Source: Selaginella moellendorffii
Taxonomy: Eukaryota; Plantae; Lycopodiophyta
Assembly: GCF_000143415.4 (NCBI RefSeq)
Contig: NW_003314277.1
Span: forward strand, 2,372,711 to 2,427,020
Reading direction: 5' to 3'
DNA length: 54,310 bases
The notes under the pieces are model-generated. The model searched no databases and was not told where the DNA came from. It saw only the letters and a program-made list of their open reading frames with translations. A program made the translations under genes and the position numbers. Below are positions 34,401 through 46,387 of the stretch, piece by piece. Position 1 is the stretch's first letter. Every line of letters begins with the position of its first letter.

Positions 34401-36568
34401 CGATGCAGAAATGAATACTCCCATCAGGCTTCATCACAAGATGAGGTTCACATGCCCAAAGACTCTAGGACTTCCGAATAACACCCTTTTCCAACATCTC
34501 TTTAACGTTTGCATGTAAAATTTTGATCTCCTTGGGTGACCGACGACGAACAGGAACCTTGATTGGACAAGCATCCCCAGTTGGAATCGGATGACGTGTG
34601 GCAATCTTGGCCCCAGACGATAGGTCAAATTCAAAGAGATCAGAATACTCTTTCATGAGCCGGTCAACCACTACAACATAAAGATTATTGGAGGGATTGA
34701 AAAAGGGAAGAGTAAAATAAGATCGAAATACAAGAGGAAATAGTGGGGGAACAAAAATAATGGAAGCAAAGGTAGAAGTAAAGGGACGAAGAGGTATAGA
34801 AGTGAGAGGAATGGATAAAACATAAGGAAGTATGAGACAAGGGGTAGAAGCCTCAAAGTCACACTTGGCATGATTGCACTGCAACCAATCCATACCAAGA
34901 ATAAGGTCAAAAGCTTGACTCGGCACCACCCGCAACGATTGCAACTCAAGCTCGAGATCACCCACACGCACAACTAGGTCCGCCTCATCCCGTGCACATG
35001 CATGTGTACGACTGTTGCCATAAAGAATGAAAGCTGATTCCACTACACGATGCAAGTGTAAACGACAATGTGTGGCAACAGGTCAAGCAATAGAAGATAA
35101 ACTCGAACCTATATCAACTAACATAGAGAGAATGATAGGAGACCTCTTGTTATAAAAACGAGTTTCGAAAGTAAATACTGAATGAACTGGTGCTGAGTGA
35201 ACCCCTTGATAATACTCCCGAAAGAAAGATAGAGGGGTCACTGACTTATTCGCGCAAGGTCCCTCTATTACTTGTGCAACTCCTTGTTTCCCGTATGCAC
35301 CTCGGTGTCTAAACCTTCCACTGCAACAGCACCAACAGGACGTTGCTGATGCCAAGGTCTCCGCCCAAGAAATGGAGGTCGCCAATCCGGAAAATGCTGA
35401 CAACGTCGATAAGTATGACCAACTTCATCATACGCCCAACAGCGAACATCACGGCCACGACCATGTCCTCACCCTTGTCCTTGGACTCGAGCAGTAGCAA
35501 CATCAACCTCCATTGGAACAGGACCATCACTCATAGGAAGTGGAGTTGAAGGATGTGCAATGAGAAGTGGAAGAGGTAATGTCTCATAACATTGTGCCAA
35601 ACGAAGAGCATCATCAAGGTGGCGGGAGCAAGTGTATGCATAAGTCCGACAAGATCTTGATGAAGTGTTGGCCACAACATTCCTAGCTTGATCCACTCCG
35701 ACATATTGGGTTCCACACGAAGCAAAAGACTTCGGAAACGAACGCTAAATTGCATCACCGACTCAGATGGCCCTTGGCGAAAACGATACAATTGTTAGAA
35801 GGCATCATCACAGTTGTCAACATGTCCGAATGCGCATTTGAAGATGTCTGGGAGAACACTCCAATCCCCATACACTCCAATCCCCATGAGTGACTGCTCT
35901 TAAACCATTGTACTACTGTAACACCGTCCCTTGGAGACACGTGGGAAACTCATGCAAACATCAAGCATCATCCGAAGAATGATATGTGGCAATCACCGTG
36001 AAGTGATCGAACCAATGGTACACATCATCCCTAGGATTCCTGCAAAAGAACTCCGACCGAACGCGAGGATTGGCACCAAGAGCAAGAGAAGTTGTACCAC
36101 ATGCCATGAATGCCACCATCAATTGAGTTTGATTGTTCAATTGCAAGCACATAGCATCAAGCAATTGGACCAACTGTTGCTCAAGAGTCAAAGGAGGAGA
36201 TTGATGATCTACCATGAAGATGAACGAAAAAGAAAAAACAAAAGAAGAGAAATGACAAAAAGCTAAAAGGAAATGGTAGATCTAGACAATGGAAAAAGCT
36301 AGATCTAAACGATGCAAAAGCTAGATCTAAACCAAAATCCCAAATTCAAACACTCCTTAAAGACAATCAAAGGTGTCTATCACCTCCACCAATGTAAATG
36401 CTTAGAATATAGAAAAGGAATATAAAAAATGTGCATATCAATTAGCCTAAAAACCCTAGTTTATATATAGGAGCAAGTGGTCCAAATTGAAACTAATCCA
36501 ATGGCTACCAAAATCCCACTACGCTAATATTAGTATACCGCATCATAGCCGTATACTTGGCCCTCATA
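31449..36568 (-). mobile_element. Complete but decayed Ty3/Gypsy LTR retrotransposon (gag-PR-RT-RH-IN)
   Basis: 176-bp LTRs at 31449-31624 and 36393-36568, flanked by AAAT. PBS TGGTGGAGGTG (tRNA-Ala-like) and PPT GAAAGGAAGGGATGA. Gag CCHC-like motif (~35400-35450), protease LVDIGSS / DLILGMDWL, RT FIDDVLIHS, RNase H LAFPNYTRPFILHVDWS, integrase HHCC (YHDSP..GGHMG...C..C). Many stops and frameshifts. Confidence 0.95.
31859..32367. mobile_element. 509-bp GC-rich insertion in the integrase gene flanked by a 17-bp direct repeat (non-LTR/TPRT-like)
   Basis: CGAATGTTGAAAGTTCA occurs at 31842-31858 and 32368-32384. The integrase frame AKYVNFQHS|DWDGYL is split exactly there. Confidence 0.75.
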
Positions 36569-36888
36569 AAATCAATTTAATGATAAATTTATTTCAAATA
36601 TATTTTTATATGACCATTTTAGTTATTATAGCATGTAAATATGTATTATTATTATTCATTACATAGCACTTATTTGAGCTAGAAATTTATTATTTTAAAG
36701 GGTGTAAGTTTAGCTATTTTTAATAATTTATAATTTATAAATTTATTTTTTATGTACTCATAAATACATTTTTTAAAATAAAAGTGCTATAATTTCTAAA
36801 AACACATTTGAAAAGAAAACAAACAATTAAATGTAAGTGGAGTATATTCATCTCATTTTAATGCACCCTTTATTGTATTAAATATAAA

Positions 36889-36916
36889 CTAGCAGGGAAC
36901 CTAGCTCTGTTGGGAT
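36889..36916 (-). mobile_element. Degenerate Helitron 3' terminus
   Basis: Minus strand tcccaacagagctaggttccctgCTAG|t is a decayed hairpin plus CTAG, resembling the 51568 terminus. Confidence 0.55.
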
Positions 36917-37384
36917 AGTTAGATGCTAATTCTAAAAAGAGAACAATTTATTAAAACTTTCTTAAGTTCAATATGTAACAAGCACTTGGTTTATTTAGTT
37001 TTTACTTAGTGATTGCAACCAAACACTATTTCTTAAATGGTTTACTGGAATAGAATAATACAAGCTTGGACTCAAAGCTTAAAAGAATTATTCAACACAT
37101 GAAGAGGTGGCTTAATCATATTCCTCAATTTGGTATATTATTTGGGCATTCCAAAGGTAAGAGCAGTTAATGGGATGGCATGGTAAAGGGATTTTTGGTA
37201 TAGAATGGCTCGTTGTCTTTATATACAGTCATTTTATATAGACGACCTAGTCATTATAGAACTAATTAGTCAGCAAGGATCCCAACTCCACTGGGAGTAG
37301 TAGAGAATATTTTCAATTTGAAAAAATGTTATAATTGTTCAATCTATTTCTTTATTTGCTTTCCCTTGGCATGTTTATTTTTAT

Positions 37385-39395
37385 TTTATCTTAATTTTAC
37401 TACTATTAATATCAAAATTAATGAAAAATAATGCAATTAGATAATAATGCAAGTGTTGGGGAAGATAAGATCATTTTTTAATCATCATTAAATTTGAATT
37501 TAAATTCTTTTATTGCCTATATAAAAAGGTACACAAACCTAAACACATCTACAAAATTGCTGCCATACTTGAAAGGCAATTGACTTTTCACAAAACCAAA
37601 GAATTATATATACTATAAAAAAATAATAGGTTAGTTTTTTGGAAATTATAATTTTGATTGCATATTGAGGTAAACTGTTTTTATCTGATGCCTCTAACTT
37701 TCATAGTTTATTAAAAAATATTACAATTTCTATTATGTGTCTGGTTTTACATTTAAAAATATACATAAGTAAATCTATCTAGATATTCAAACTATATTAG
37801 AGGTGTTTGAAAAGAGGTACAAACAAAAAAATTTACTATATTAGAGATATAATGTTTGTATTAAGACAAGCCAGTACTAATGCTTTATGATAAAAATATA
37901 ATGTCCAATTTAAAAAAAAATTACTATTAAATGACTTAACACTAGTTACTACCCAGAAATTATATAAAGGTGAACATGGTTAGAGATTAACCTAGATTAT
38001 AACAGTATTAATGTTTTAAATATAAACATGGATCTAACACAATATAATGTAAATATTAATATTATACTATTTTGTATATGATACATTATTTAATGAAAAA
38101 TAATAATAAAATAAATATTTTATTATTTATTTAATAATTTTTTTAGAAAAACTTTGTATTATTAAGCTTATCATTTGTGAGTAAAGTGTTACTATTGCAT
38201 TTTGTTCTCAATACTTATTCATTTTATACTATTGAAATTACATTGTTAATAGTTATATTTCAGAGAATATAAAAATTAACACTATCTAATTAGATATCGT
38301 ATTAATATATAAATAAAAATAAATTAATATTTGATACATTTTTCAACTAATATAAATATGGAATGTTTTTACAACATAAATATAGCAAAAATTTTATTAA
38401 AACATTTATCAAAGAAATAATTACAGCTCTGATTTATATTAATTTAATGATGAATATTGTAGAAAACTCTTCTCTTGTAGACTCAATATGATTTATAAAA
38501 TTAATTGTACAAATAAAAATCCTCCAAAACAAATGATGTTTTTTAAATTTCTTCAAGTATGTACATATATTTGATATTTATATCATCAAAAGTTTCTCCA
38601 AATTTAAAATTTAAAATAGTTATTTATATAATTTGTAATTTATATTTAAAAAATAGTAGCACTGTTTTATTTTATTTTTTGTATCAAATACTCCTTTATC
38701 TGGTTTTTAACTTAAAACATTTATACTCTAATTTATTTATTTTATAATAATCAAAATTTGCTTCTCAATACTTTTTTTAATGTTTTTGTCATCTTGTAAA
38801 ACCCATCGATAACACTTAAATTTTATTCCCACTATCTACATCCTTTGCAGTTAATAAATAATAATTTTAAATAATATACTTTGTCCAAGAGTTTCAAGTG
38901 CACACCTCTAGGAATATTATTTGATTTGTTTTATGAAGAAAAAATTTATACATGTATTTCAAGAAGGTGGGAACATGTTGATATTGTAAGTAGACTTATA
39001 CTTATGCATATTTTTAAATGTAAAACCAGCCATATTATAGAAATTGTATTATTCTTTAGTAAACTATGAAAGTTACAGGTGTCATTACAGTTCAATTAAA
39101 AACAATTTAGCTCAATATGCAATAAAAATTATAATTTGCCCAAACTAAACTTATTCTTTTTTTAGTATATATATTTCTTTGGTTTTGTAAAAACTAAATT
39201 GCTTTTCAAATATGGCAGCAATCTTTTAGATGTGTTTAGATTTGTGTACCTTTTTATAAAGACAATAAAAAAATTCAAATTCAAATTTAGTGATTATTAA
39301 AAAATGATCTTATGTTCCCCAACACTTGCATTATATCTAATTGCAGTATTTTCCATTTCTTTGGAGATGAATAGTAGTAAAATTAAGATAAATTT
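37385..39395. repeat. Long AT-rich inverted repeat pair (~37385-37680 and ~39090-39395)
   Basis: taatgcaagtgttgggga..ataagatcatttttta...aaaaaggtacacaaa.ctaaacacatcta...attgctgccata is reverse-complemented at 39200-39340. Confidence 0.8.
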
Positions 39396-39621
39396 AACAT
39401 TGTATACAATCAAAATATCGAACATTTTAAAATTACAAAAGAAGATCTATTTATCATCGATATGCTATATCTCCCAGCAGATATATCAGCATACTCTTTG
39501 ATCTATAGAATAAAACCTTTATAGAACAAAGAGTATTTGATTGATTCAATAGTATATTAGTAAAATTAAACATAAGTTTTTTGTACAAAATTCATATATA
39601 GCAGACATAATAGAAAATATA

Positions 39622-39721
39622 NNNNNNNNNNNNNNNNNNNNNNNNNNNNNNNNNNNNNNNNNNNNNNNNNNNNNNNNNNNNNNNNNNNNNNNNNNNNNNN
39701 NNNNNNNNNNNNNNNNNNNNN
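39622..39721. other. Assembly gap (100 N)
   Basis: Run of N. Confidence 1.
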
Positions 39722-41297
39722 ATAAATTAGCTTTAGTTTTGTCAATAATCTTATGATACTTATTATACACTCATAAACAAATATAATTGCATTGAGTTGT
39801 TTGTTAGCTCAGATATAGTCTAAGATTTGTGTAATATCATAAAGTGATAATACTGTTTTTAAGACTTAAAATTTATGAATTGATAAATAAATATAATGAC
39901 ATACAGGTAAAAATATGATTGAGCAACATTAGACACAGTACAAAAGGCTACAATCTACAAAATGTCATTCCAGGAAAAAAATGATTATGCATCATCAATA
40001 CCCTAATATCAGAGTAAAACCTTACCTTTCACTGAAAAATATTAGCCTCAATAACATTGTTATAATGCCATAAATGTAAATATAAATCAATGAAACATAG
40101 AGATAATAATCTTAATTTATATAAGCATTTTCTCTATATAAAAAGATATACAGAAACAATTTTAATGATATGTAATATTATACTTTAACTTTTAATAAGT
40201 ACTAATCTCCATAACAATATTTATATTTTATAAATTTATAAAATGTGTGTAGTTTAAGTGAGTTTTAAATCTATATTTTTCATTATTATAATTTACTATA
40301 CCTAAAGTAACACTTTAATATAAAATATAAAATATAAAAAATAGATTTTAAAATATTATTATTTTTTAAAAAAAATTAGATTTAGCACCTAAGTAATAAT
40401 ATTTTTATAGTTTGTCTATGGTACTATATTTAATATAGTATAATAACATTATCAAACCCTTGAGTGATTAAAATTAGTGACTAAAGTCTCAGCTACGCTA
40501 GGAACATCTTGTTTATTTCTGATGTTTTAGTAATTTCTAAGAGTAATTGTAATTTTTAACATAATCATAATGATAACATATATAATCTTTATATTAAAAA
40601 TCCCTTCTACAATTGACTCTATCACTAACACAAAACACAATATTCAAATCATTCTCAAGGCTTGGCAGGGTGTGAAATACATTTGCCTTGACAGCTTACA
40701 TGTGCTCAACTCCAAAACTCTGGAACCAGTTGCCAAGGACGGTGTCACCTTTGGCGAAGTTTGGATGTGTGGGAACATGGTGTTCAAGGTGTACTTGAAC
40801 AATTGTAGAAGAGTTTTCAAGCATGCGATACATGTTGCTTGATATATGCAACACTTCATATTCAAGTATCATGCTAACATCATCTAGACTTCATATGCCA
40901 TATGGAATTTTATATTAAAATTGATATGGTTAGTAATGCATCATACATAATGAATCATCATTATTTTATGTGTACCTTGTATAATTAGTGTGAATCACTA
41001 ACACCATACAATAGAAAATACAATAGAAGACTACAATATAAGACTTCACTCAACAATCAGAATTTTAAATGTGATATAATGTTATGAGTTATATTTATTA
41101 TGTTATGATGTGTGTTGATGATAGAGTAAATTGTAGAAGGGATTTTTAATATAAATATTATATTATGTTTAACTATGTATGTTATCATTATGATTATGTT
41201 AAAAATTACAGTTGCTATTACATCTCTTTGAAGTTACTAAAATATTAGGAATAAACACAATGCTCCCAGCATAGCTGGGACTTTAATCACTAATTTT
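39722..41297 (+). mobile_element. Non-autonomous Helitron-family copy, opposite orientation to the 51568+ element, ending in an inverted duplication of its subterminal region
   Basis: 39780-40400 is reverse-complement homologous to ~51900-52800. Hairpin cccagcatagctggg at ~41265-41279. Inverted copy of the last ~170 bp at 40470-40640. Confidence 0.7.
40655..40802 (+). pseudogene. Captured fragment of an acyl-activating enzyme (AAE7/AAE1-like acyl-CoA ligase)
   Basis: AWQGVKYICLDSLHVLNSKTLEPVAKDGVTFGEVWMCGNMVFKVYLNN resembles the AAE RQGV..L..LDV....T..PV..DG.T.GEI..RGN.VMKGYL.N motif. Confidence 0.8.
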
Positions 41298-42040
41298 CTT
41301 GGTATTGATTGGTATGTACTTATACAGTTAGAATTCTAGATTAGTGGATTCACAGTGATGTGGATGTATATAATCCTGGATATATTCATTATCCTGGATC
41401 TAACATCTAAGTAGCCGAATTATATAATTGGTTATATAATTTTATATGATCAATATAATTCATTTATGCAATCAATATATAATGCAATATATATAAATAT
41501 TCAAGCATGAGATTTCATAGGTGGTTATGTTAAAAGTTTTGAATGTGAAAGTGTGGGAAAGCTTACTCGATTGTAAAAAGTCAGCCTTTTTCTATAACAT
41601 TGATTTTAAATACATATTCTGTAATTACATTAACCTCAAAGGATATGCCACTCTCAACTATTTTTTTCCAACATGTCTTCATCTCCACCATTAAGCTTGA
41701 ATATATATATATATATATATATATGAATAATTAAAATATATTTTATATTGCAAGAACCACTGCTTCCTTCTAACTGTAAGAAATTTTTGGCTTTTTTAAA
41801 TACTATAGAATACCATTATCTACATAAAATATAAAACTATTTTTAATAAAAATTATTGAAAAAGAAACATATTTTCAGCTGGGATTTATATCAGTTGTAA
41901 GTTGGATGTTGTAGAAAATGCTATTGTTGAAGACTAAAATTGATTTAGAAATTTTTTCTTACTTTTAAAGATTCTAAAAAATAATGATATTTTATTATAT
42001 CTTCCTTCGCTTTCTTCAACTTCTTTGATTCCTCTTACAG

Positions 42041-42935
42041 GTGTTTATGGAGCTGGGAGGCAATGCTCCATGCATGGTGGAAGATCTTGTTCCAGACTTG
42101 GAAGGTACAATGGCTAAGTTGGTCCACAAAGGATTCTATCAAAGCGGCCAGTCGTGCATTCACATGCAGCGTCTTTACGTGAAAGGTGAGGTATCCAGCA
42201 CTCATCTTTAAATTCTATCATATTCTTTGTTCTCAAATCGAGCTTTGATCTAACGTATTTGGTGCTGGTTGTGTACATTGATTGCTGCCGTTAAGAAACT
42301 CAAAGGTGGAGATCCTCGCCAAGACGACATGTCAATCTGGCCCAAGTCATCGGCAGCTACAGTGGAGAAGAGCGTGAACGAGACAGTGAAGGCAGGCACC
42401 AAACTTTTAGTTGGTGGTAAGCGAAGGGGAGCTTTCATGGAGCCAATGATCCTGGAAGACGCTCCCTTTGACACAGATGCAAAGAAGGAAGAGATTTTCA
42501 GTCCAGTGATCCTTCTCTACTCATACAAGTAAGCTCTCAAAGTTTCTTAGCCCCTAAAGTTCTTCTTTACTTCCTTTTTTTTCTCTAAACTAAAACGGTG
42601 GTGACGCAGTGATTTCAAGGAAGCCGTGAAGGAAGCTAACAACACGCATTACGGTCTCCAGGCCAGCGTCTTTATCCATGATCTAAACAAGGCCTTCTAT
42701 GCGTTTGAGCACATAGAGGTAGCTTTGCGTTTGAGATATAGAAAGTATTGATCGATTGTTTGATGATTATTTGATCCTCACAGGCTGGAGGAGTTTGCCT
42801 CAACGATTCGCCAAGCATGCGCGTTGATAGCCAGCCATACGGTGGGATCAAAGACTCTGGAATCCAACGAGAGGGTGTCAAGTACGTGATGGACGACATG
42901 CTTGAAACCAAAGTTTTAGTCATGTGCAATGTAGG
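42041..42935 (+). pseudogene. ALDH21: 5'-truncated ALDH21-family (NADP+ succinic semialdehyde dehydrogenase) pseudogene with introns
   Basis: MELGGNAPC, GFYQSGQSCIHMQRLYV, KEEIFSPV, NNTHYGLQ, DLNKAFYAFEH and RVDSQPYGGIKDSGIQREGVKYVMDDMLETKVLVM motifs. The N-terminal half is missing and exon 2 is damaged. Confidence 0.88.
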
Positions 42936-42944
42936 CAATGTTGC

Positions 42945-43200
42945 CATGGCTCTTCCATGCCATGGCCTTGAAATAGGAGGAGATCGCTTTCGTGAACGTG
43001 TGGCAGTACTTGGAGTCTGCAACCATGGCTTGAATCTCACTGCAGATTGCTTCAGCAGCATGTATTTGCAAGGGCCGGGAAGCTGAAGGATTCCAAGGGG
43101 ATGCTGGGCAAGAGGAGTGAGAGAGTCTGCTGGGAGCTTGTCGAATGTACTGGGATCTAAGCACTGCCTTGCAGACGGCACAGGAGTTTGGTGGTTGTAA
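42945..43200 (+). pseudogene. PPR/E-domain fragment fused to the ALDH21 3' end
   Basis: Frameshifted HGLE*EEIAFVNV..LGVCNHG and *ESLLGACRMYWDLSTALQTA. Confidence 0.65.
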
Positions 43201-44399
43201 CAAGGATCTTTTTTCATATATAATGCTTGCAAAAGGTGGCAGTTAAGTTTTTGAAGTGTTTTGTAAAATTGGGAGAATATTTTGATATATTTGAGTGTGT
43301 ATTTCTTTAAAAGGAGTGGAAGCTTTAAAAACACAGCTTTTCAAAACTTGGTTTGTTTTTTTCTTTCTTTCTTTCTTTCTATTCTTTTTTTCATCTCTCA
43401 TTTTTCAAAACATCTATTTCCGATTTACCTGAAAATCAAAGGCCTACATATGAATGAATGAGTGTTTTGGAAGTTAGCTGTATAGTTCTCTTGTGCTATT
43501 TGACACATTTCTTGTCGCCATTTCCAATGGGGCTTTTGCAAATGCAGGAGGTAAGCTGTAGGTGTGTGTCTGACCTCATCTCCAGATAATGTAAATGCCA
43601 GAGAATATATTTTTTTTTGTGTCTGCTCTTGGATCCAATGCTTGTGAAGGCGCTTGTGTTTTTCTTGCTCATCTGTCTCACGCTCACTGAATAATCATCC
43701 TCTGCCCCCTTAAGAACGCCTTAGCAGTTGATCCACACAACAAAACAAAAATGGCACTACAGTGTACCTGTCAGGTAAAACAAGGGTGACTCAGCTTTCA
43801 TCCATCAGTTAAGCTCTTAGTGATTGAGCTGAGCTCTTGTTATCTCAATTTTGCAACAGCATAGTGAAAAAGGGAAAGGGAAAGTATAGTACCTGAATGA
43901 AGGTGTGTCTGTCTGCTGTGTGTTTTTATTGCCTATCTCCTTTTCTTTGTTTTGCAGTTTCTCTTTCCCTTGTTGGTGGTCACCTGATTGGATCAAAGAG
44001 ATCATTTTCGTGGAGTTGTTTGGCGTGCTTGCTATTGGTTGCATGTGTGCTACAGCTGGCTGGTATATGAGAGCTGCTGCTATAACGTATTGAACTTACT
44101 TTCCACTCATTACAGAGCTTGTCCCAGGCGGGGCTTCAGGTCTACATTCAGGTCAACAAGTACTTAATGACAGTGTTGAGAGCTTGTGGTTTTCACCTCC
44201 AGCTGCTTAAATTGAGCGAACCCGAACATTTGTGATTTGTTTGTTAAAAAAAAGGTACTGTGGTGGAGTCCTCCTGATTGTCCGCTTAGCCCTAGCCATC
44301 TCTACCTAGAACAACAAAGCAACAAACTTAAATAGTTCTCATAAGTTGCTAAATTAAGCCCACCTTTTATCATATTTACTCTTCAATGTTCTTGTACCG

Positions 44400-44803
44400 C
44401 ATCAAAGGTGTCATTATAAACCCTAGATGAACAGCATTGGCTGTGATGTCAACCTTGGGCCTAATCAGTGAAAGAAAAAGCATTGATGAAAGAGAAAGGT
44501 GGGAGAGATTTCAAAGCATTAGATGAATACCTTGAATCTCATTGCCATCAAAGGTGTCATTATAAACCCTAGATGAACAGCATTGGCTGTGATGTTAACT
44601 CCTTGGGCCTAATCAGTGAAAGAAAAAGCATTGATGAAAGAGAAAGGTGGGAGAGATTTCAAAGCATTAGACGAATACCTTGAATCTCATTGCCATCAAA
44701 GGTGTCATTATAAACCCTGGATGAACAGCGTTGGCTGTGATGTCAACTCCTTCGGCCTAATCAGCGAAAGAGAAAGCATTGGCGAAAGTGAAAGGTGGGA
44801 GAG
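44400..44803. repeat. ~147-bp tandem repeat, ~2.7 copies
   Basis: Units start catcaaaggtgtcattataaaccct at 44400, 44546 and 44694. Confidence 0.92.
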
Positions 44804-46387
44804 ACAATTGAAGCCGTTATGATTAAGATGATTTACTTGTCCTACAACAGTGTTGAGATAATTGTTGCATGTTCCAGGTCTCAGCATTGCGCTGGGAGAT
44901 GCAATCGAAGAGCTTAGTAGCACTGGAGGTGTGCCCGACAGCGAGCGGCTGGTTCATATTTCCAAAGAAGCAACAGTCAAATGATTGTAGTAAGAGCTGA
45001 GGTACAGCACTGTATATTCGTGTTTTATTTTTAAAGAGAAGTTAATAGCAGAAACTTCCAACTTTCGAGAAAGCATGGTAGAGAATGTCACTCTTTGAGA
45101 TACGCTTCTGGAGAATCCCTGTTTTTCAAGGCAAGAATCCACCATTCTCTCTTCATTTTCAGTGAGAAATTTGTCTAGCATGACTGAGTAACGACTGCTG
45201 AAATTTATGTGGAAAACTTTAGAACACAGAAGTTACAAGTTGGTCTTTCATTGAGAATCAGCATGTGCTCACTGCCCCATTAGTTTTTTGATAGGATGCT
45301 GTTGGTTGGACAACAAGGACTTACGATATTGTTCTATTGGTTCTTTGGATGAGCAATGCATCAAGGTTCAAGGGTGAAAGTTTTCAATCAGGTCTGAGCC
45401 AGTAAGTAGAGTCTCTTGAGGAAATTGTAAAGGAATGTTACAATCAGAAGTCAAAATTTCCTATAGATTTGGAAATGGAACCTCTGACCTCTTTGTCATC
45501 AGAGCTCCAGTTTTTCAAGCCTTCTGCCAATTCTCTGGATTGATGAGATCTCATCAATCCAACACGCAGCTTTGGCAGCCACAATTATGTCCAGAGAATT
45601 GTTGCTCCTGCCTGTATCATGAGTCCCTTCAATTCCATGTCTCTGCAATTGAGGCACTTGCAAGCTTGCTCAGTCCTTGATTAAAAAATCCATCAATATG
45701 GCCAAGGTAGCCTCTAGCAATACTTGTCTATCTATTCTGAGCAGAAATGCAAAAGTTAATCGTAAGGACTTAACTATTGCCAAGGCATTATTGTTTAGAG
45801 TGAGCTGATGATGTTATGTGGCATCACTGCTAAAGAAATTTAGAACTGGACAAAGCAGTAAAGTGTAAAAATGTGAGCAATTTCCTTGTAATGGTTTACC
45901 TCTTGACAAACTAATTTGTCTTAAAGAGAAATTCAAATAAGAGCTATAAGAAGTTAGTGCAAGTAAAGCAGGAAGGGAAATGCTAATGGTAATAAAAGAA
46001 GGAACTTGGTGCATTGTTCTTGTTTTAAATAAATTTGCAACCATGAACAGTTTGAAATCCAAAAAACATCTTTGAAGATTTAATTTTGTGTAGACCAGCA
46101 TAGCTGGATTCATTGCTAGTATATTCTGAATATATCCATTCATTTACATGTTGTTTGACATGTTGGAGCCCAAAAATGGGAAACAAAGCTTGTGCAAAGC
46201 AAGACCGGAACAGATTAGAGAGAGGAAGAAATCAAGATCTTTGCCCTGGTAGATCTTTTGAGATAATTGCCTGAAAACTGTGAATAGAACTGAACCGAAG
46301 CCCATTGGACCAGGATCATGGCAGATTGGGAGCTTCCAATCTAACCTTCGCACAAAGCAAAATTAATATTCTAGTCAATATGTTTGA

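Noticed and set aside
39546-39770. ORF with X residues
   Set aside because: Spans the assembly gap.
44400-44803. CRISPR-like array
   Set aside because: Whole units repeat with no unique spacers, in a eukaryotic context.
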